Below are positions 46,297 to 46,711 of a DNA stretch of 46,711 nucleotides, one piece after another. A program made the position numbers and the translations under genes. Under the pieces are notes generated by a model, which was not told where the DNA came from, ran no database searches, and worked only from the letters and a program-made list of their open reading frames with translations. Origin of the DNA: an uncultured Rhizobium sp. (GTDB lineage: Bacteria > Pseudomonadota > Alphaproteobacteria > Rickettsiales > UBA1997). Each line of letters begins with the position of its first letter. Positions within the stretch are counted from its first letter, which is position 1. The stretch lies in NCBI GenBank assembly GCA_964513555.1, contig CAZENB010000003.1, positions 1 to 46,711 of the forward strand, written 5' to 3'.

Positions 46297-46483
46297 TTTA
46301 CTCTAAGATTTTTTGGAAAAAACTGGATAAAAAAGTTACTCGATTTTTAGCCTAAGAAAAATTTATAATCAATTAATTTATTGATTGATTAAGAAGTGTG
46401 ATTAATACCTCTTAAGTTTTTTTGATAGAAGATTATATTTGCTTTATTTGTTGTCATAATAATAAGTTTTGCTTGTTTAAATT

Positions 46484-46556
46484 GATCGCTACACTTCGCA
46501 AGTTTGCTCGTTCGCGATGACGAGTTAGGTGAGTCCGTCATTGCGATTTCACACTT
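46484..46556. repeat. Head of the repeat cluster: shared 'gatcgcta.acttcg.aagt' arm plus inverted and partial 'GTCATTGCGA' cores
   Basis: 'gatcgctacacttcgcaagt' is followed by 'ctcgttcgcgatgacgag' (reverse-orientation core) and then 'tccgtcattgcgatttcacactt' (forward partial core). Confidence 0.75.
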
Positions 46557-46711
46557 CCGTCATTGCGAGTGAGCCTTCGGGTGAAGCGTAGCAATCTCTT
46601 CACCAGCCGTCATTGCGAGTGAGCCTTCAGGGAAGCGTAGAAATCTCTTCACCAGCCGTCATTGCGAGTGAGCCTTCAGGCGAAGCGTAGCAATCTCTTC
46701 ACCAGCCGTCA
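46557..46711. repeat. Tandem array of a 49-50 bp unit 'ccgtcattgcgagtgagccttc.gg.gaagcgtagcaatctcttcaccag', running off the window
   Basis: Units at 46557-46606 (50 bp), 46607-46655 (49 bp) and 46656-46705 (50 bp), with a fourth beginning at 46706. Units differ only at a few positions ('tcgggtgaag', 'tcaggg-aag', 'tcaggcgaag'; 'gcaatc' vs 'gaaatc'). Confidence 0.9.

Noticed and set aside
46557-46711. Considered whether the regularly repeated 49-50 bp units form a CRISPR array
   Set aside because: The units abut directly with no unique spacers between them. The unit is longer than typical CRISPR repeats, and no cas genes are present in the window. It is a tandem minisatellite of the dispersed repeat.
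1-46711. Search for tRNA, rRNA, tmRNA, 4.5S or RNase P-like sequences in all intergenic gaps longer than 80 bp
   Set aside because: I could not find cloverleaf-compatible segments or conserved ncRNA motifs by eye. This is a weak negative, and Infernal/tRNAscan should be run to confirm it.

Overview
AT-rich bacterial chromosomal window using the standard genetic code, densely packed with about 35 mostly housekeeping genes. The gene set includes trmFO, a class-II-like aroA, pdxJ, hemF, dxs, rpoZ-spoT, nuoM-nuoN, purC-purS-purQ, murF-mraY, pyrG-lptE, a YhdP/AsmA-like giant and an AcrAB-OMF-type RND pump. Together with the repeat content, this suggests an alphaproteobacterium, possibly a Rickettsiales/Holosporales-like lineage (inference only). 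I found no rRNA, tRNA or CRISPR array, and no convincing novel multi-gene system such as a defence island. The only clearly accessory stretch is about 31.27-32.67 kb, a graveyard holding a frame-broken prepilin gene and two unrelated, fused transposase remnants. The most distinctive signal is a dispersed family of short palindromic repeats built on a 'CGTCATTGCGAG' core. It sits in at least five intergenic spots and expands into a 49-50 bp tandem array at the right edge, where nuoL would be expected. It may also have a relative inserted in-frame in tyrS. Other second-look items are a receiver domain fused to a degenerate histidine-kinase-like module, an alpha-carbonic-anhydrase homologue that seems to lack zinc-ligand histidines, a secreted phytochelatin-synthase-like protein, and a duplicated murF start region forming a mini-uORF. 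All homology calls come from by-eye motif recognition on the supplied translations and need database confirmation.
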